Origin: Chitinophagaceae bacterium
GTDB taxonomy: Bacteria; Bacteroidota; Bacteroidia; Chitinophagales; Chitinophagaceae
DNA: 24,000 nt
Direction of reading: 5' to 3'
Assembly: GCA_965246785.1 (NCBI GenBank)
Contig: CBDFFM010000029.1
Span: forward strand, 20,428-44,427
Below, piece after piece: positions 1-8,089 of the stretch. The position numbers and the translations under genes were made by a program. Each line of letters begins with the position of its first letter. The stretch's first letter is position 1. Under the pieces are notes generated by a model that saw only the letters and a list, made by a program, of their open reading frames with translations, was not told where the DNA came from and did not search any database.

Positions 1-47
1 ATGCGCTCAAGCTATGAGTCGGCTGCCGCCGACCATTGATTAAGATT

Positions 48-1040
48 TTAACGCAGCCGCTCGTACTCAAAAAGCGGCGTACCCTTCTCGCCCGCTGTGT
101 TGTAGAAGCTCTTAAAGTGTAGCTTGTAAAGCTGCTCCTTGCGCGTGCCGAGCAGGTAACACTTCCGGGGATTGACGGTGAATAGGGCACCACCGCCGCC
201 GAGGTCAACGGACTTCCAGTCGTAGCCGATCGCATTGCGCCGGGGACTTAGGGGCGCTGCGCCGGCCATGCTCAGATTAATAGCTGCGAAATCATGAATG
301 CTGTCCGCAGCAGCATTGGTGCGGCAGGGATTAAGCAGAACGCCGGTTACGGAGTAAGGCACCCATACCTGCCTGCTGTTGTCATACACTGAATCCAGGT
401 AGCGGGTAAACACCACATCCCAAGTGCTCTTAACCGGCTCCAACTGCATAGCGCCTTTGCTGAAGGAGAAGTGGATGAAATTGTAAGCCGTGTCTTTAGC
501 CACCTGTACGCGCGTGGGCGAGCCGCTGCTGCCCAGAGGCATCCACTCAAAGGCGTAGCCCATATCGCCCGCTGAAATCATGCGCAGCTTCTGAAAGCCG
601 CCGTTGCTGAGCTGGATGAGATATACCTCGCCTTTTGTGCGCTTGCTCCCGTCCATCCATTCGCCCATCGCAGTGCCATTAGGGAAGCCGCTGGGATTAT
701 CCCAGCGCCAGCCGGGGTCAGTACTGGCCGGCACGCTCTTCACGGCAGCCATGTCCGTCTGATGCGTGTTGTAGGCATACATGATTTGGCCGCAATTCAG
801 GAATGCGTGATAGCCATCGCGGGAGGCTTCAAAGGCGATGTCCCAGGAGCGCGGGTCGGAAGTGTAAACGGGCTGTCCGCTTTCAAAATCAAAGAAAACC
901 TGCTTGTCATAGTTCGGCCCCATTGTTACGGATGCGGAGCGGGAAGTGCCAGGCGGCGGCAGCACAATGGCATCTTCGCTCTTCTCACAGGAAGAGAGGA
1001 GCCAAAGCATAGCCAGCAGTGGAAGGAGAAGGCCGCGCAT
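48..1040 (-). CDS. HmuY-like lipoprotein (putative haem-binding family)
   Basis: ORF 48..1064. The in-frame ATG at 1040 gives a lipoprotein signal MRGLLLPLLAMLWLLSSC. 'VFFDFESGQPV..WDIAF' and C-terminal 'YKLHFKSFYN..FEYERL' resemble HmuY-family lipoproteins as I remember them; not searched. Confidence 0.5.
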   Translation of the reverse strand: MRGLLLPLLAMLWLLSSCEKSEDAIVLPPPGTSRSASVTMGPNYDKQVFFDFESGQPVYTSDPRSWDIAFEASRDGYHAFLNCGQIMYAYNTHQTDMAAVKSVPASTDPGWRWDNPSGFPNGTAMGEWMDGSKRTKGEVYLIQLSNGGFQKLRMISAGDMGYAFEWMPLGSSGSPTRVQVAKDTAYNFIHFSFSKGAMQLEPVKSTWDVVFTRYLDSVYDNSRQVWVPYSVTGVLLNPCRTNAAADSIHDFAAINLSMAGAAPLSPRRNAIGYDWKSVDLGGGGALFTVNPRKCYLLGTRKEQLYKLHFKSFYNTAGEKGTPLFEYERLR

Positions 1041-1061
1041 ATATTCCGGTGATAAGCGGCG

Positions 1062-1069
1062 CAAAGGTA
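1062..1069 (-). promoter_or_regulatory. Bacteroidota-type -7 box TACCTTTG (TAnnTTTG) for the HmuY-like gene
   Basis: Plus strand reads caaaggta, 22 nt upstream of the ATG at 1040. Confidence 0.35.
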
Positions 1070-1122
1070 GCCCCGGCGTTGTCAGTAGCGCGTCAATAGC
1101 TACGGCTCCGCGCGGCGTGGCT

Positions 1123-1130
1123 TACCTTTG
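1123..1130 (+). promoter_or_regulatory. -7 box TACCTTTG for the TlpA-like gene
   Basis: Exact TAnnTTTG match only 7 nt before the ATG at 1138, which would imply a near-leaderless mRNA. Confidence 0.3.
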
Positions 1131-1137
1131 GCGCGCC

Positions 1138-2295
1138 ATGAAATTCTCTTACGTCTATCGCCTTTTCATACTCTCCATCGTGCTGCTCTTGGCTGCCTGC
1201 GGCCGCGACAAGCGCTTCACCGTCATTGGCAACTTTACCAATCTGCCCCAGCAGAAGGTGCGCCTCCAGGAGCTGCGCATTGACGATAAGATGATAGTGG
1301 TGGACAGCAGTCGCACCGATGCCGATGGCAAGTTTGAGCTAAGCGCCGAAAGCACGGGGCCCGGCCTCTACCAGCTCATCTTCGAAGGCGGGGTTTACGT
1401 TATTCTTTCTCAGGATGAAGGCAACATCCGCCTTTCCGGCGACTGGCGGCAGATGCCGGCCTACACCGTGCAAGGCTCACCAGCATCGCACAGTATTCAG
1501 GGCTTCCTGCAGGTGGTCAACGAGCACATCCGCGATATCCAGACGCTGGACGGCGTCATACGTCAGCTTCATGCCGCGGGCCGCGACTCTTCCATTGCTT
1601 CCGCGCAGGGTGAACTGTCCAATACCACGTCCGGTCTCACGCACTACATAGAGCAGTATGCGGACACCACGAAGTTTCTGCCCAATGCGCTCTTTGCCGT
1701 GCGCATCCTCAATCCCGCTTCTGAAGGCCCTTACATGGCCGGCTTTATTCAAGGCCTGAACCGCCGATTTCCCGGCGCGGGGCAGGCTAAAGAATTTGAG
1801 GCTCGCTGGAATAAGATGCAGGCGCAGCAAACCGCCGCCGCGAATGGCGGGGCCAGTCAGCAGTTTACCGGCGGGCCGGTAATGGGCGCAACGGCTCCGG
1901 CTATTGCGCTGCCTGATCCGCAGGGACAGACGATATCGCTCGCTTCTATGAAGGGCAAGTATGTGCTCGTGGACTTCTGGGCTTCCTGGTGCCGCCCCTG
2001 CCGGATGGAGAACCCGAATGTGGTAGCGGCCTTCAATAAGTACAAGGACAAAGGCTTCACCGTCTTCGGCGTATCGCTGGACGATGATAAGGGGCATTGG
2101 CAGGAAGCCATTCAGGCAGACGGCCTCGCCTGGTCGCATGTGAGCGACCTAAAGCGCTGGGAAAGTGTGGCCGCCCGCGACTATGGGGTAGAAAGCATCC
2201 CCACCAATTTCCTCTTGGACAAAGAAGGCCGCATCATAGGCCGCGACCTGCGCGGCGTGGCGCTGGAGGCGAAGCTTGCCGAGGTACTGAAGTAG
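1138..2295 (+). CDS. TlpA/AhpC-TSA family thiol:disulfide oxidoreductase lipoprotein with DUF4369-like N-terminal domain
   Basis: Start moved to MKFSYVYRLFILSIVLLLAACG (lipobox LAAC) inside ORF 946..2295. Thioredoxin-fold motif 'VLVDFWASWCRPCRMENP' (CxxC). N-terminal 'FTVIGNFTNLP..GKFEL' is typical of DUF4369. Confidence 0.85.
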   Translation: MKFSYVYRLFILSIVLLLAACGRDKRFTVIGNFTNLPQQKVRLQELRIDDKMIVVDSSRTDADGKFELSAESTGPGLYQLIFEGGVYVILSQDEGNIRLSGDWRQMPAYTVQGSPASHSIQGFLQVVNEHIRDIQTLDGVIRQLHAAGRDSSIASAQGELSNTTSGLTHYIEQYADTTKFLPNALFAVRILNPASEGPYMAGFIQGLNRRFPGAGQAKEFEARWNKMQAQQTAAANGGASQQFTGGPVMGATAPAIALPDPQGQTISLASMKGKYVLVDFWASWCRPCRMENPNVVAAFNKYKDKGFTVFGVSLDDDKGHWQEAIQADGLAWSHVSDLKRWESVAARDYGVESIPTNFLLDKEGRIIGRDLRGVALEAKLAEVLK

Positions 2296-2321
2296 TCGCA
2301 AAAGGGCGCGATGTTTTAAGG

Positions 2322-2966
2322 ATGATGGCTGCATTTATGAATCCCGAAACCCTCATTCCCGAACAGCGCGAAGGCGTTGCCAAAGAGCTGCATCACACTA
2401 ATGACGCCGACAGTGAGGCGGAAGCGCAACGCATTTTTGAGCGTGCGAAGAAGTGCCTCCTGCAACCCGCCATGTGGGCATCAACCGCCGAGGGCATCTC
2501 TGCGAAATTTCTCCTGTACGCTGCCAATGGGGAGACCATCCCCGGCCGCCCGGCACAAAGTGGAGACCTTGTGCGTATAGACCTTCCCGGCCCGCATCGT
2601 GCCTCCGCCGGCGGTTACGATTGGGTACGTTTGGAAAATGTAGTTGAAGGCATCGACGATGGCGGCGCATCCTGGATAAGCCTCACCACCCGCCCCATTG
2701 CCGACCCGGAGGCAGCGCATGAAGGCACCGCTCATTTCTTCGCTGCCGGCTCTACCGGCACCTTTATTATCCGGCTATTGGGCAGTCGCGTCGAAGGACA
2801 TCATTATGGGCGCAATGAATTGCCGAATACAGAAGGCGGCACCCTGCTGGATAAAGCCCGAGCCGTTCTGGTAACGGCGGGCGCTTACCTCGGCCTGAGC
2901 GATGTGCAGTGGGGCAATCTGGTGAAGGGATTGATTAGTGCTGACGCTTCCACAGCATCTGCATAA
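2322..2966 (+). CDS. hypothetical protein (214 aa)
   Basis: In-frame ATG at 2322 (MMAAFMNPETL..) within ORF 2097..2966. The upstream part of that ORF overlaps the TlpA gene and is Arg/Pro-rich. No motif I recognise. Confidence 0.5.
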   Translation: MMAAFMNPETLIPEQREGVAKELHHTNDADSEAEAQRIFERAKKCLLQPAMWASTAEGISAKFLLYAANGETIPGRPAQSGDLVRIDLPGPHRASAGGYDWVRLENVVEGIDDGGASWISLTTRPIADPEAAHEGTAHFFAAGSTGTFIIRLLGSRVEGHHYGRNELPNTEGGTLLDKARAVLVTAGAYLGLSDVQWGNLVKGLISADASTASA

Positions 2967-2969
2967 AGC

Positions 2970-3392
2970 CTAAAAGCTCCGCCCTTCCAAAGCTGCCACC
3001 TGCGCCCGCAACTCCGCCGGCAGCGGATACTTCTCAGCCCTGCGGTAATCATACAGCACTACTATATCGTAGCCTTCCGCAGCCAGCTCGCCGCGCTCAT
3101 TCATTATCTGATGGTAGAGCGCAAAGGAAGTTGTCCGCATTTCCGTCACAGACACCTGTACCGTAATCTTGCCCGGATAATGCAGCGCCTTGCGGAACTC
3201 GCAGCGCGTGGAGGCAAGCAGCGGGCCGATGCCTTTCTCTGCATACCAATTCGTAAGGCCCAGCCGCTCCCAGTAATGCAGCCGGGAGGCTTGCAGGTAT
3301 TTGAAGTAAGAGACGTTGTTGATGTGGCCGAAGAGGTCAAGCTCGCTCCAGTCAAGGCGTAGCTCCAGGCGGGATGGGAAGGCGTGTTCCAT
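2970..3392 (-). CDS. hotdog-fold acyl-CoA thioesterase (4HBT/YbgC-like)
   Basis: 'DWSELDLFGHINNVSYFKYLQASRLHYW' matches the 4HBT thioesterase N-terminal catalytic Asp region. 140 aa is a typical size. It starts 22 bp downstream of the ABC ATPase gene on the same strand. Confidence 0.8.
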   Translation of the reverse strand: MEHAFPSRLELRLDWSELDLFGHINNVSYFKYLQASRLHYWERLGLTNWYAEKGIGPLLASTRCEFRKALHYPGKITVQVSVTEMRTTSFALYHQIMNERGELAAEGYDIVVLYDYRRAEKYPLPAELRAQVAALEGRSF

Positions 3393-3414
3393 TTGCCTGC
3401 AAAGGACGCAAAGC

Positions 3415-4089
3415 CTACGCTAAGGGATGCCGCCGCTCTTCCACAATGGCCCCATCCCGCATCACGAGCGTTCTATCTGTGCGGGCGGCGAGGGCCTCAT
3501 TGTGGGTAATGAGTATGATGGTCTGCCCCATGTCCGTTCTCAGGGAAAGAAAGAGGTTATGAATGGCCCCGGCATTGGCCGTATCCAGATTGCCCGTAGG
3601 CTCATCGGCCATGAGGATGGCGGGCTTGCCAACGAGCGCCCGCGCAATGGCCACGCGCTGCGCCTCTCCGCCGGACAGCTCCGACGGCTTGTGGCTGCCG
3701 CGCGCGCCGAGGCCTACGCGCTCCAGCATTTCCGCCGCAGTATTAAGCGCCGCTTTACGGCCTTTGCCGCCTATCCATAGGGGCATCGCCACATTCTCTA
3801 AAGCCGAAAACTCGGGCAGGAGATGGTGCTGCTGAAATACGAAGCCCAGTTGCTCATTGCGAAAGCGCGCCTGCTTACTTGAACCGAGGCCAAACACGTC
3901 CGTATCGCGGATGCGAACTGTGCCTTTATCGGGCTTGTCTAACGCTCCTAATAGATGCAGCAGCGTGCTCTTGCCCGCGCCGGAAGGCCCGATGATGGCC
4001 ACCATCTCACCCTCTGCCACGTCCAGCGATACGTCGCGCACGACGGTAAGTTTATCGTAGGATTTGGTGAGGTGAGAAGCGCTAAGCAC
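3415..4089 (-). CDS. ABC transporter ATP-binding protein, LolD/MacB-type
   Basis: Walker A GPSGAGKST, signature LSGGEAQRVAIARAL, Walker B ILMADEPTGNLD, and 'FRNEQLGFVFQQHHLLPEFSALENV'. The start codon is GTG. Confidence 0.9.
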   Translation of the reverse strand: MLSASHLTKSYDKLTVVRDVSLDVAEGEMVAIIGPSGAGKSTLLHLLGALDKPDKGTVRIRDTDVFGLGSSKQARFRNEQLGFVFQQHHLLPEFSALENVAMPLWIGGKGRKAALNTAAEMLERVGLGARGSHKPSELSGGEAQRVAIARALVGKPAILMADEPTGNLDTANAGAIHNLFLSLRTDMGQTIILITHNEALAARTDRTLVMRDGAIVEERRHPLA

Positions 4090-4118
4090 AATACGTTATC
4101 CGGGTCGGCGGCACAATT

Positions 4119-4162
4119 TCCAACAATTGTCCAACAACTGTCCAACAATCGTCTAACCACCA
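4119..4162 (+). repeat. three and a half tandem copies of an 11-bp unit TCCAACAAYTG
   Basis: tccaacaattg / tccaacaactg / tccaacaatcg / tctaaccacca, read directly. Located in the divergent intergenic region between the ABC ATPase and DUF2795 genes. Confidence 0.8.
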
Positions 4163-4211
4163 TTACGCGGCACAAGATTTTTTACCCGCTTTCGCGGAAA
4201 CCCTTTTCCCC

Positions 4212-4219
4212 TACATTTG
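4212..4219 (+). promoter_or_regulatory. -7 box TACATTTG for the DUF2795 gene
   Basis: Exact TAnnTTTG, 36 nt upstream of the ATG at 4256. Confidence 0.4.
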
Positions 4220-4255
4220 CCCGCATTCTCTAAAAAAATACCTGACAATTAAAAT

Positions 4256-4477
4256 ATGTTCTGGACCCTTGAACTGGCCTCGCATCTTGAAGAAGCGCCC
4301 TGGCCTGCCACCAAAGACGAGCTGATTGACTACGCCATCCGCTCCGGCGCTCCGCTTGAGGTTGTAGAAAATCTTCAGGAGCTGGATACTGAAGACGAAA
4401 TCTACGAAGGCATAGAAGATATCTGGCCCGATTATCCCACTCAGGAGGACTTCTTCTTTAATGAGGATGAGTACTGA
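4256..4477 (+). CDS. DUF2795 domain protein (73 aa, acidic)
   Basis: 'LEEAPWPATKDELIDYAIRSGAPLEVVENLQELD' fits the DUF2795 consensus as I recall it (fPa.kdeLi..A...ga...v...l). Confidence 0.75.
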   Translation: MFWTLELASHLEEAPWPATKDELIDYAIRSGAPLEVVENLQELDTEDEIYEGIEDIWPDYPTQEDFFFNEDEY

Positions 4478-4498
4478 GCCTTCCCTAAACCATTAAAT

Positions 4499-4527
4499 AA
4501 ACCCCGCTGCGATGCGGGGTTTTTTGT
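4499..4527 (+). terminator. rho-independent terminator
   Basis: aaaccccgc-tgcgat-gcggggtttttt: GC-rich stem followed by a T-run, 22 nt after the DUF2795 stop. Confidence 0.8.
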
Positions 4528-4556
4528 TGGAAGCGCTGCCATTATTGCCGGAAGCT

Positions 4557-4615
4557 GCCGTTTTTGCCTTCGCACCGAGCATTTACGGTCTTACACCGGG
4601 CGTTTACGCACTTTG
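4557..4615. repeat. 21-bp tandem repeat array, left part (about 3 units, the last cut by the IS)
   Basis: Units start at 4557 (degenerate), 4578 (agcatttacggtcttacaccg) and 4599 (ggcgtttacgcactttg, 17 nt, then the IS end). Confidence 0.8.
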
Positions 4616-5690
4616 AACCTGAGTTCGGTTTAAGCGGCGATTAATAATTGCTGTTGTTGTTGGAAAGCGGCGATGAGCTTTGGGTTTGTTTCCTCGATAT
4701 CTTTTCTGATAGAAGGCTTCTTGGGAAAGAAAGAATAAGCGGCTATGGCGCTCATCAGGTTCAGCAGAAAGCCGTTCAGAGAACGGTGCCTTGTATGCTC
4801 TACCTGGCAGATATTCTTTAGCTCGTCATTGACCGTTTCTATCACTGAACGCTTGCGCAAGAGCAGCTTCTCTTCATTGCTCAGTGCCTTATCCTTCATG
4901 TTCCTTCGCACTGCAGTTATAAGCTGGATGCCGTTGCCAAAGAGCATATCGGTAAGCGCTTTTGAGATGTAGCCCTTATCGCCGAAGAGCTTGCCAAACA
5001 GCTTCTCCGTAAGGGTAGTAATAGCCTTTGCATTCCGGTCATCTACATTGGCTTTACTCAGGTAGAAAGACAGAATCTCTCCCTTATCATTGATCACCAG
5101 GTGCAGCTTGAATCCGTAGAACCAGCCCATAGTGCTCTTGCCAATTTTAGCTATGCCAGCAAAGGTTTTGTTGCGGCGGATGCGCTTGTTGTGACATACC
5201 CGAAGAACGGTAGAATCAATAAAGGAGATGCCGGTGCATTCGCCCCGGCAGCAGTGATGGAGAAAAAGCATAAAGGCCACTGCGCAGCGGTGGCTGAGCT
5301 CTACAAAGCGGTTGTAGGAGACAAGGTTGGGGAAGCTGTCTTTGAGATGAACGCAGGCGTATTGGGTGTAGAAGAACTTGAAGTTTCTGAATCCGCCGGA
5401 ATGAAAAGCAATGAGCATGGAAATGATTTCAGAATCGCACAGCGATGCTTTCCGGTTGCGGGTTTTGGTTCCATTCGAATGGTCGAGGAGCAATTGATGG
5501 ATGGGGTGTTCGAAAAGCAGGCAGAAATCATCTACGGCAACGAAAATTTCGGTTACTTTGTCAGCGAATAGCGGTGTGTTCATTTTTGATGTGAGTTGTT
5601 TTTAGTCAATCACCTATACATCAAAAACAACGCCGCTATTCGCTTTTTAAGCCACTACTTTTCCACAACTTCTTATCCCGAACTCAGGTT
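4616..5690 (-). mobile_element. IS982-family insertion sequence (1075 bp)
   Basis: 13-bp perfect terminal inverted repeats: aacctgagttcgg (4616-4628) and ccgaactcaggtt (5678-5690). Partial matches continue inward. It encloses one DDE transposase gene. No target duplication could be resolved. Confidence 0.85.
4630..5583 (-). CDS. IS982 family DDE transposase (317 aa, intact)
   Basis: 'IDSTVLRVCHNKRIRRNKTFAGIAKIGKSTMGWFYGFKLHLVINDKGEILSF', 'LFGDKGYISK' and 'RSVIETVNDELKN' match the IS982 D..D..E pattern. Confidence 0.9.
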   Translation of the reverse strand: MNTPLFADKVTEIFVAVDDFCLLFEHPIHQLLLDHSNGTKTRNRKASLCDSEIISMLIAFHSGGFRNFKFFYTQYACVHLKDSFPNLVSYNRFVELSHRCAVAFMLFLHHCCRGECTGISFIDSTVLRVCHNKRIRRNKTFAGIAKIGKSTMGWFYGFKLHLVINDKGEILSFYLSKANVDDRNAKAITTLTEKLFGKLFGDKGYISKALTDMLFGNGIQLITAVRRNMKDKALSNEEKLLLRKRSVIETVNDELKNICQVEHTRHRSLNGFLLNLMSAIAAYSFFPKKPSIRKDIEETNPKLIAAFQQQQQLLIAA

Positions 5691-5886
5691 TACACCGGGC
5701 ATTTACGCTGTTACACCGGGCGTTTACACTCCCGCACCTGGCATTTACACGCTCGCACCTGGCATTTACGCTCATGCATCTGGCATTTATGCTCCCGCAC
5801 TTGGCATTTACGGTCTCGCACTGGGCATTTACGCTCCCGCACCGGGCGTTTACGCTCCCGCACCGGGCATTGTATGCTGCGCAATG
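5691..5886. repeat. 21-bp tandem repeat array, right part (8 good units + 1 degenerate)
   Basis: Consensus ggcatttacgctcccgcaccg. Units start at 5698, 5719, 5740, 5761, 5782, 5803, 5824, 5845 and 5866, preceded by the 7-nt remainder tacaccg (5691-5697). Confidence 0.9.
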
Positions 5887-5993
5887 GCGGGTGTGAAGGG
5901 CGCAATGCTAAGTGAAAAGCCCAACAGACTGACAGCCCCCGAGGAGTGCGACGCAACGGCTGCTTAATAGCGCGCCGCAGCCGGCTAAAAAGT

Positions 5994-6020
5994 AAAACCG
6001 CCGCGAATAGCGGCGGCTTT
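5994..6020. terminator. bidirectional hairpin terminator candidate
   Basis: aaaa-ccgccgc-gaata-gcggcgg-cttt. The 7-bp GC stem has A-run/T-run flanks, so a U-tract follows it on either strand. It sits in the convergent gap downstream of yidC. Confidence 0.5.
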
Positions 6021-6064
6021 GGGGCAGATTACTCAATCAGGCCGTTTGAAAACCTCCCGTCTTG

Positions 6065-6127
6065 CCGAACTTGTTTCGGCATCTATCGTGCAAAGCGCCT
6101 CTTTTATAGACCCCGAAACAAGTTCGG
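6065..6127. repeat. 15-nt perfect inverted repeat pair (ccgaacttgtttcgg / ccgaaacaagttcgg), 33 nt apart
   Basis: Read directly. Each arm is also a small hairpin on its own (ccgaa..ttcgg). Located 27-90 nt downstream of the yidC stop. Confidence 0.6.
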
Positions 6128-6153
6128 GGTGACGGGATACTGTGTAATTGTTG

Positions 6154-7956
6154 CTATTTCTTGCCTTTGGCCTGCACCGTCTTCATCCGCTCGGCCTGGC
6201 CCTGCTGAAGCTCGGCCATCTTGGCCTGCCACTTGCTTGGGGCGGCCGGCTTCAGACGCGCCTCCTTGATGCCGCGGTGGATTTTCTCTTCGTTGATGAT
6301 GAAGTTCTGGATGATATACTGCTGCGCAATGGTCACCATGTTGGAGAAGAAGTAATAGAAGGTAAGGGCCGCCGCCATCTTGTTGAACACGCCGAGGAGC
6401 ACGAAGGGGAAGATGTAGGGCATGTACTTCATCATAGGGTTGTTGGGGTCTTGCGGCGTCATGTTGCGGTTGTAAAGCGCAAGGAAGAGCGAGGAGGCCG
6501 TCATCAGCAGCGTGAAGAGGGAGATGTGGTCAAAGAAGGAGAAGGGGAGGCGCGCGATGGAATCGTAGGTGGAGAGGTCAGAAGCCCAGAGGAAAGACTT
6601 CTGGCGGAAGTCAATGGCACTTGGGATGAACGAGTACATAGCCATAAGAAATGGCAGCATAAACAGCGTGGGCAGGCAGCCGCCCATCGGGTTGACGCCC
6701 GCTTCGCGGTAAAGCTTCATCTGCTCCAGGCCCATCTTCTGCTGGTCGTCGCCAATCTTGGCGCGCAGCTCGTCCAGCTCCGGCTTCAGCACGCGCATCT
6801 TGGCGGAGGAGAGGTAGCTTTTGTACGTGAAGAAGGAAGTGAGCAGCTTAATGAAGATGGTGAGCAGAATGATGATAAGCCCGTAGTTGGAAACGAAGCG
6901 CGTGAGCACATCAAACACAGGCACAATAAGCCACTTGTTGATGTATCGCGTAAACGCGAAGACGCCCACGCCCATAGGCACCATCTTATCCAGGCCGATG
7001 TCGTAATTCTTGAGCGTGCGGTAATGATTAGGGCCGATGTACCAGCGCATGGAGCCCGTGCCGTCGCCCTTAATGGGCAGCTCCGCGAGGGCAGTCTGCG
7101 AGGCCACGGTACTGCTGTCGCCGGGCCTGAATGATGCAGAAAGCTCGGGGCGGTTGAAACCCTCATCGGCTATCAGAGCGGTGGTGAAGTATTGGTTGCG
7201 GAAGCCCATCCAGTGCAGGGGGCTTTCGGAAGGGGTCTTCTTAATCCCGTCGCTCTTCACGGTGAAGTAATCATGCTCGCCGCCCTTGTACTTGTAGTGC
7301 ATCTGGGCATTGATGCGCTCCGTGTTGATGTCGCGCTCCGTGTGCTGCGCAGCTACATTCCAGCGCAGCGGCAGACTGTTGGCGGGGATGCCCGTGAGGC
7401 GTACATCGCACTGCATCATATAGCCGTCGGCAGGCAGGGAATATATAAGGTCAACACGCTTGCCGCCGCCGAGGTCGGCGGTGAAGTCCACCTTCTGCGG
7501 GCCTTGCTGCTGCGCAGTAAAGGAAAGCTCCGAGGTAGCGGCAGGCGCAGCGCCGGGAATGGTGAGGGAGAGCGCATTGCCAGCGCCGTCAAAGAAGGCC
7601 AGGGGCTTACCGCCGTAGGTCTTGTAATCCTTGAGCGTAGCGGAAGCAGGGTAAGCGCCACGCGTAGAAAACTGCATGCGGACGTTCTTATTCTCCAGAG
7701 CCACCGGCTGCCCCGGCTCTTTGCGGAAGGCGGGCGCAAGCGTGGCATTGGCCGCAGCCTGCCCGAGCGTATCCTGTACGGCGACGGCCTTCAGCGCTGC
7801 CGTGTCTGCCAGGGCCTTTGGATGCGCCTTTGCATAAGCAACGCTATCGGCAAGACGCTTGGTTTCGTACTGCTGATGGGAGTAGTTGTTGTACCAGAAG
7901 TAAGTAATGACGAGCACGGCCAGCAGGGCGAAGCCGGTAAGGGTATTGCGATCCAT
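6154..7956 (-). CDS. yidC: membrane protein insertase YidC (Bacteroidota long form)
   Basis: N-terminal TM 'MDRNTLTGFALLAVLVITYFWY', a large periplasmic domain, and a C-terminal core 'KMRVLKPELDELRAK..QMKLYREAGVNPMGGCLPTLFMLPFLMAMY'. Start set to the ATG at 7956 inside ORF 6154..8013. Confidence 0.9.
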   Translation of the reverse strand: MDRNTLTGFALLAVLVITYFWYNNYSHQQYETKRLADSVAYAKAHPKALADTAALKAVAVQDTLGQAAANATLAPAFRKEPGQPVALENKNVRMQFSTRGAYPASATLKDYKTYGGKPLAFFDGAGNALSLTIPGAAPAATSELSFTAQQQGPQKVDFTADLGGGKRVDLIYSLPADGYMMQCDVRLTGIPANSLPLRWNVAAQHTERDINTERINAQMHYKYKGGEHDYFTVKSDGIKKTPSESPLHWMGFRNQYFTTALIADEGFNRPELSASFRPGDSSTVASQTALAELPIKGDGTGSMRWYIGPNHYRTLKNYDIGLDKMVPMGVGVFAFTRYINKWLIVPVFDVLTRFVSNYGLIIILLTIFIKLLTSFFTYKSYLSSAKMRVLKPELDELRAKIGDDQQKMGLEQMKLYREAGVNPMGGCLPTLFMLPFLMAMYSFIPSAIDFRQKSFLWASDLSTYDSIARLPFSFFDHISLFTLLMTASSLFLALYNRNMTPQDPNNPMMKYMPYIFPFVLLGVFNKMAAALTFYYFFSNMVTIAQQYIIQNFIINEEKIHRGIKEARLKPAAPSKWQAKMAELQQGQAERMKTVQAKGKK

Positions 7957-7976
7957 CGTAAGTATTAAAACGGGCG

Positions 7977-7984
7977 CAAAGGTA
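7977..7984 (-). promoter_or_regulatory. -7 box TACCTTTG for yidC
   Basis: Plus strand reads caaaggta, 21 nt upstream of the ATG at 7956. Confidence 0.4.
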
Positions 7985-8052
7985 GCCGGATTAAACTGCG
8001 AGGCGGACGGCACGCTATCATTTTAGACATTTCAATTCCCGAAGGGTGTGTT

Positions 8053-8060
8053 TACATTTG
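8053..8060 (+). promoter_or_regulatory. -7 box TACATTTG for the T9SS cargo gene
   Basis: Exact TAnnTTTG, 29 nt upstream of the ATG at 8090. Confidence 0.4.
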
Positions 8061-8089
8061 GTTAACTATAACCTTCCAAATCCTTTTCT

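Noticed and set aside
946-1137. N-terminal extensions in the ORF track: TlpA-like from 946, hypothetical from 2097, yidC to 8013, KS to 21332, fic TTG at 16078
   Set aside because: The extensions overlap neighbouring genes or promoters and are Arg/Pro/Ser-rich. Internal ATGs give canonical signal peptide, TM or N-terminal motifs and sit just downstream of TAnnTTTG boxes.
4557-5886. CRISPR array
   Set aside because: The 21-bp units are directly contiguous with no unique spacers. The unit is shorter than CRISPR repeats, and no cas genes are present in the window.
5596-5967. 123-aa plus-strand ORF (..PGIYAVTPGVYTPAPGIY..) as a present-day gene
   Set aside because: It starts with a non-ATG codon inside the IS982 element. 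It is open only because the 21-bp unit lacks stop codons, and the opposite strand (5711..5956) is equally open. It is kept only as an alternative hypothesis for the pre-insertion state.
6148-7968. Long plus-strand ORFs (328 aa, 258 aa and others) opposite yidC
   Set aside because: They are antisense to a strongly supported yidC. Their composition is His/Arg/Glu/Val-biased, typical of the mirror frame of a GC-rich gene.
4500-8060. Chromosomal origin (oriC) near yidC, with the 21-bp units acting as DnaA-box-like iterons
   Set aside because: I could find no cluster of TTATCCACA-like boxes, no AT-rich unwinding element, and no dnaA, rnpA or rpmH in the window. The idea rests only on yidC proximity.
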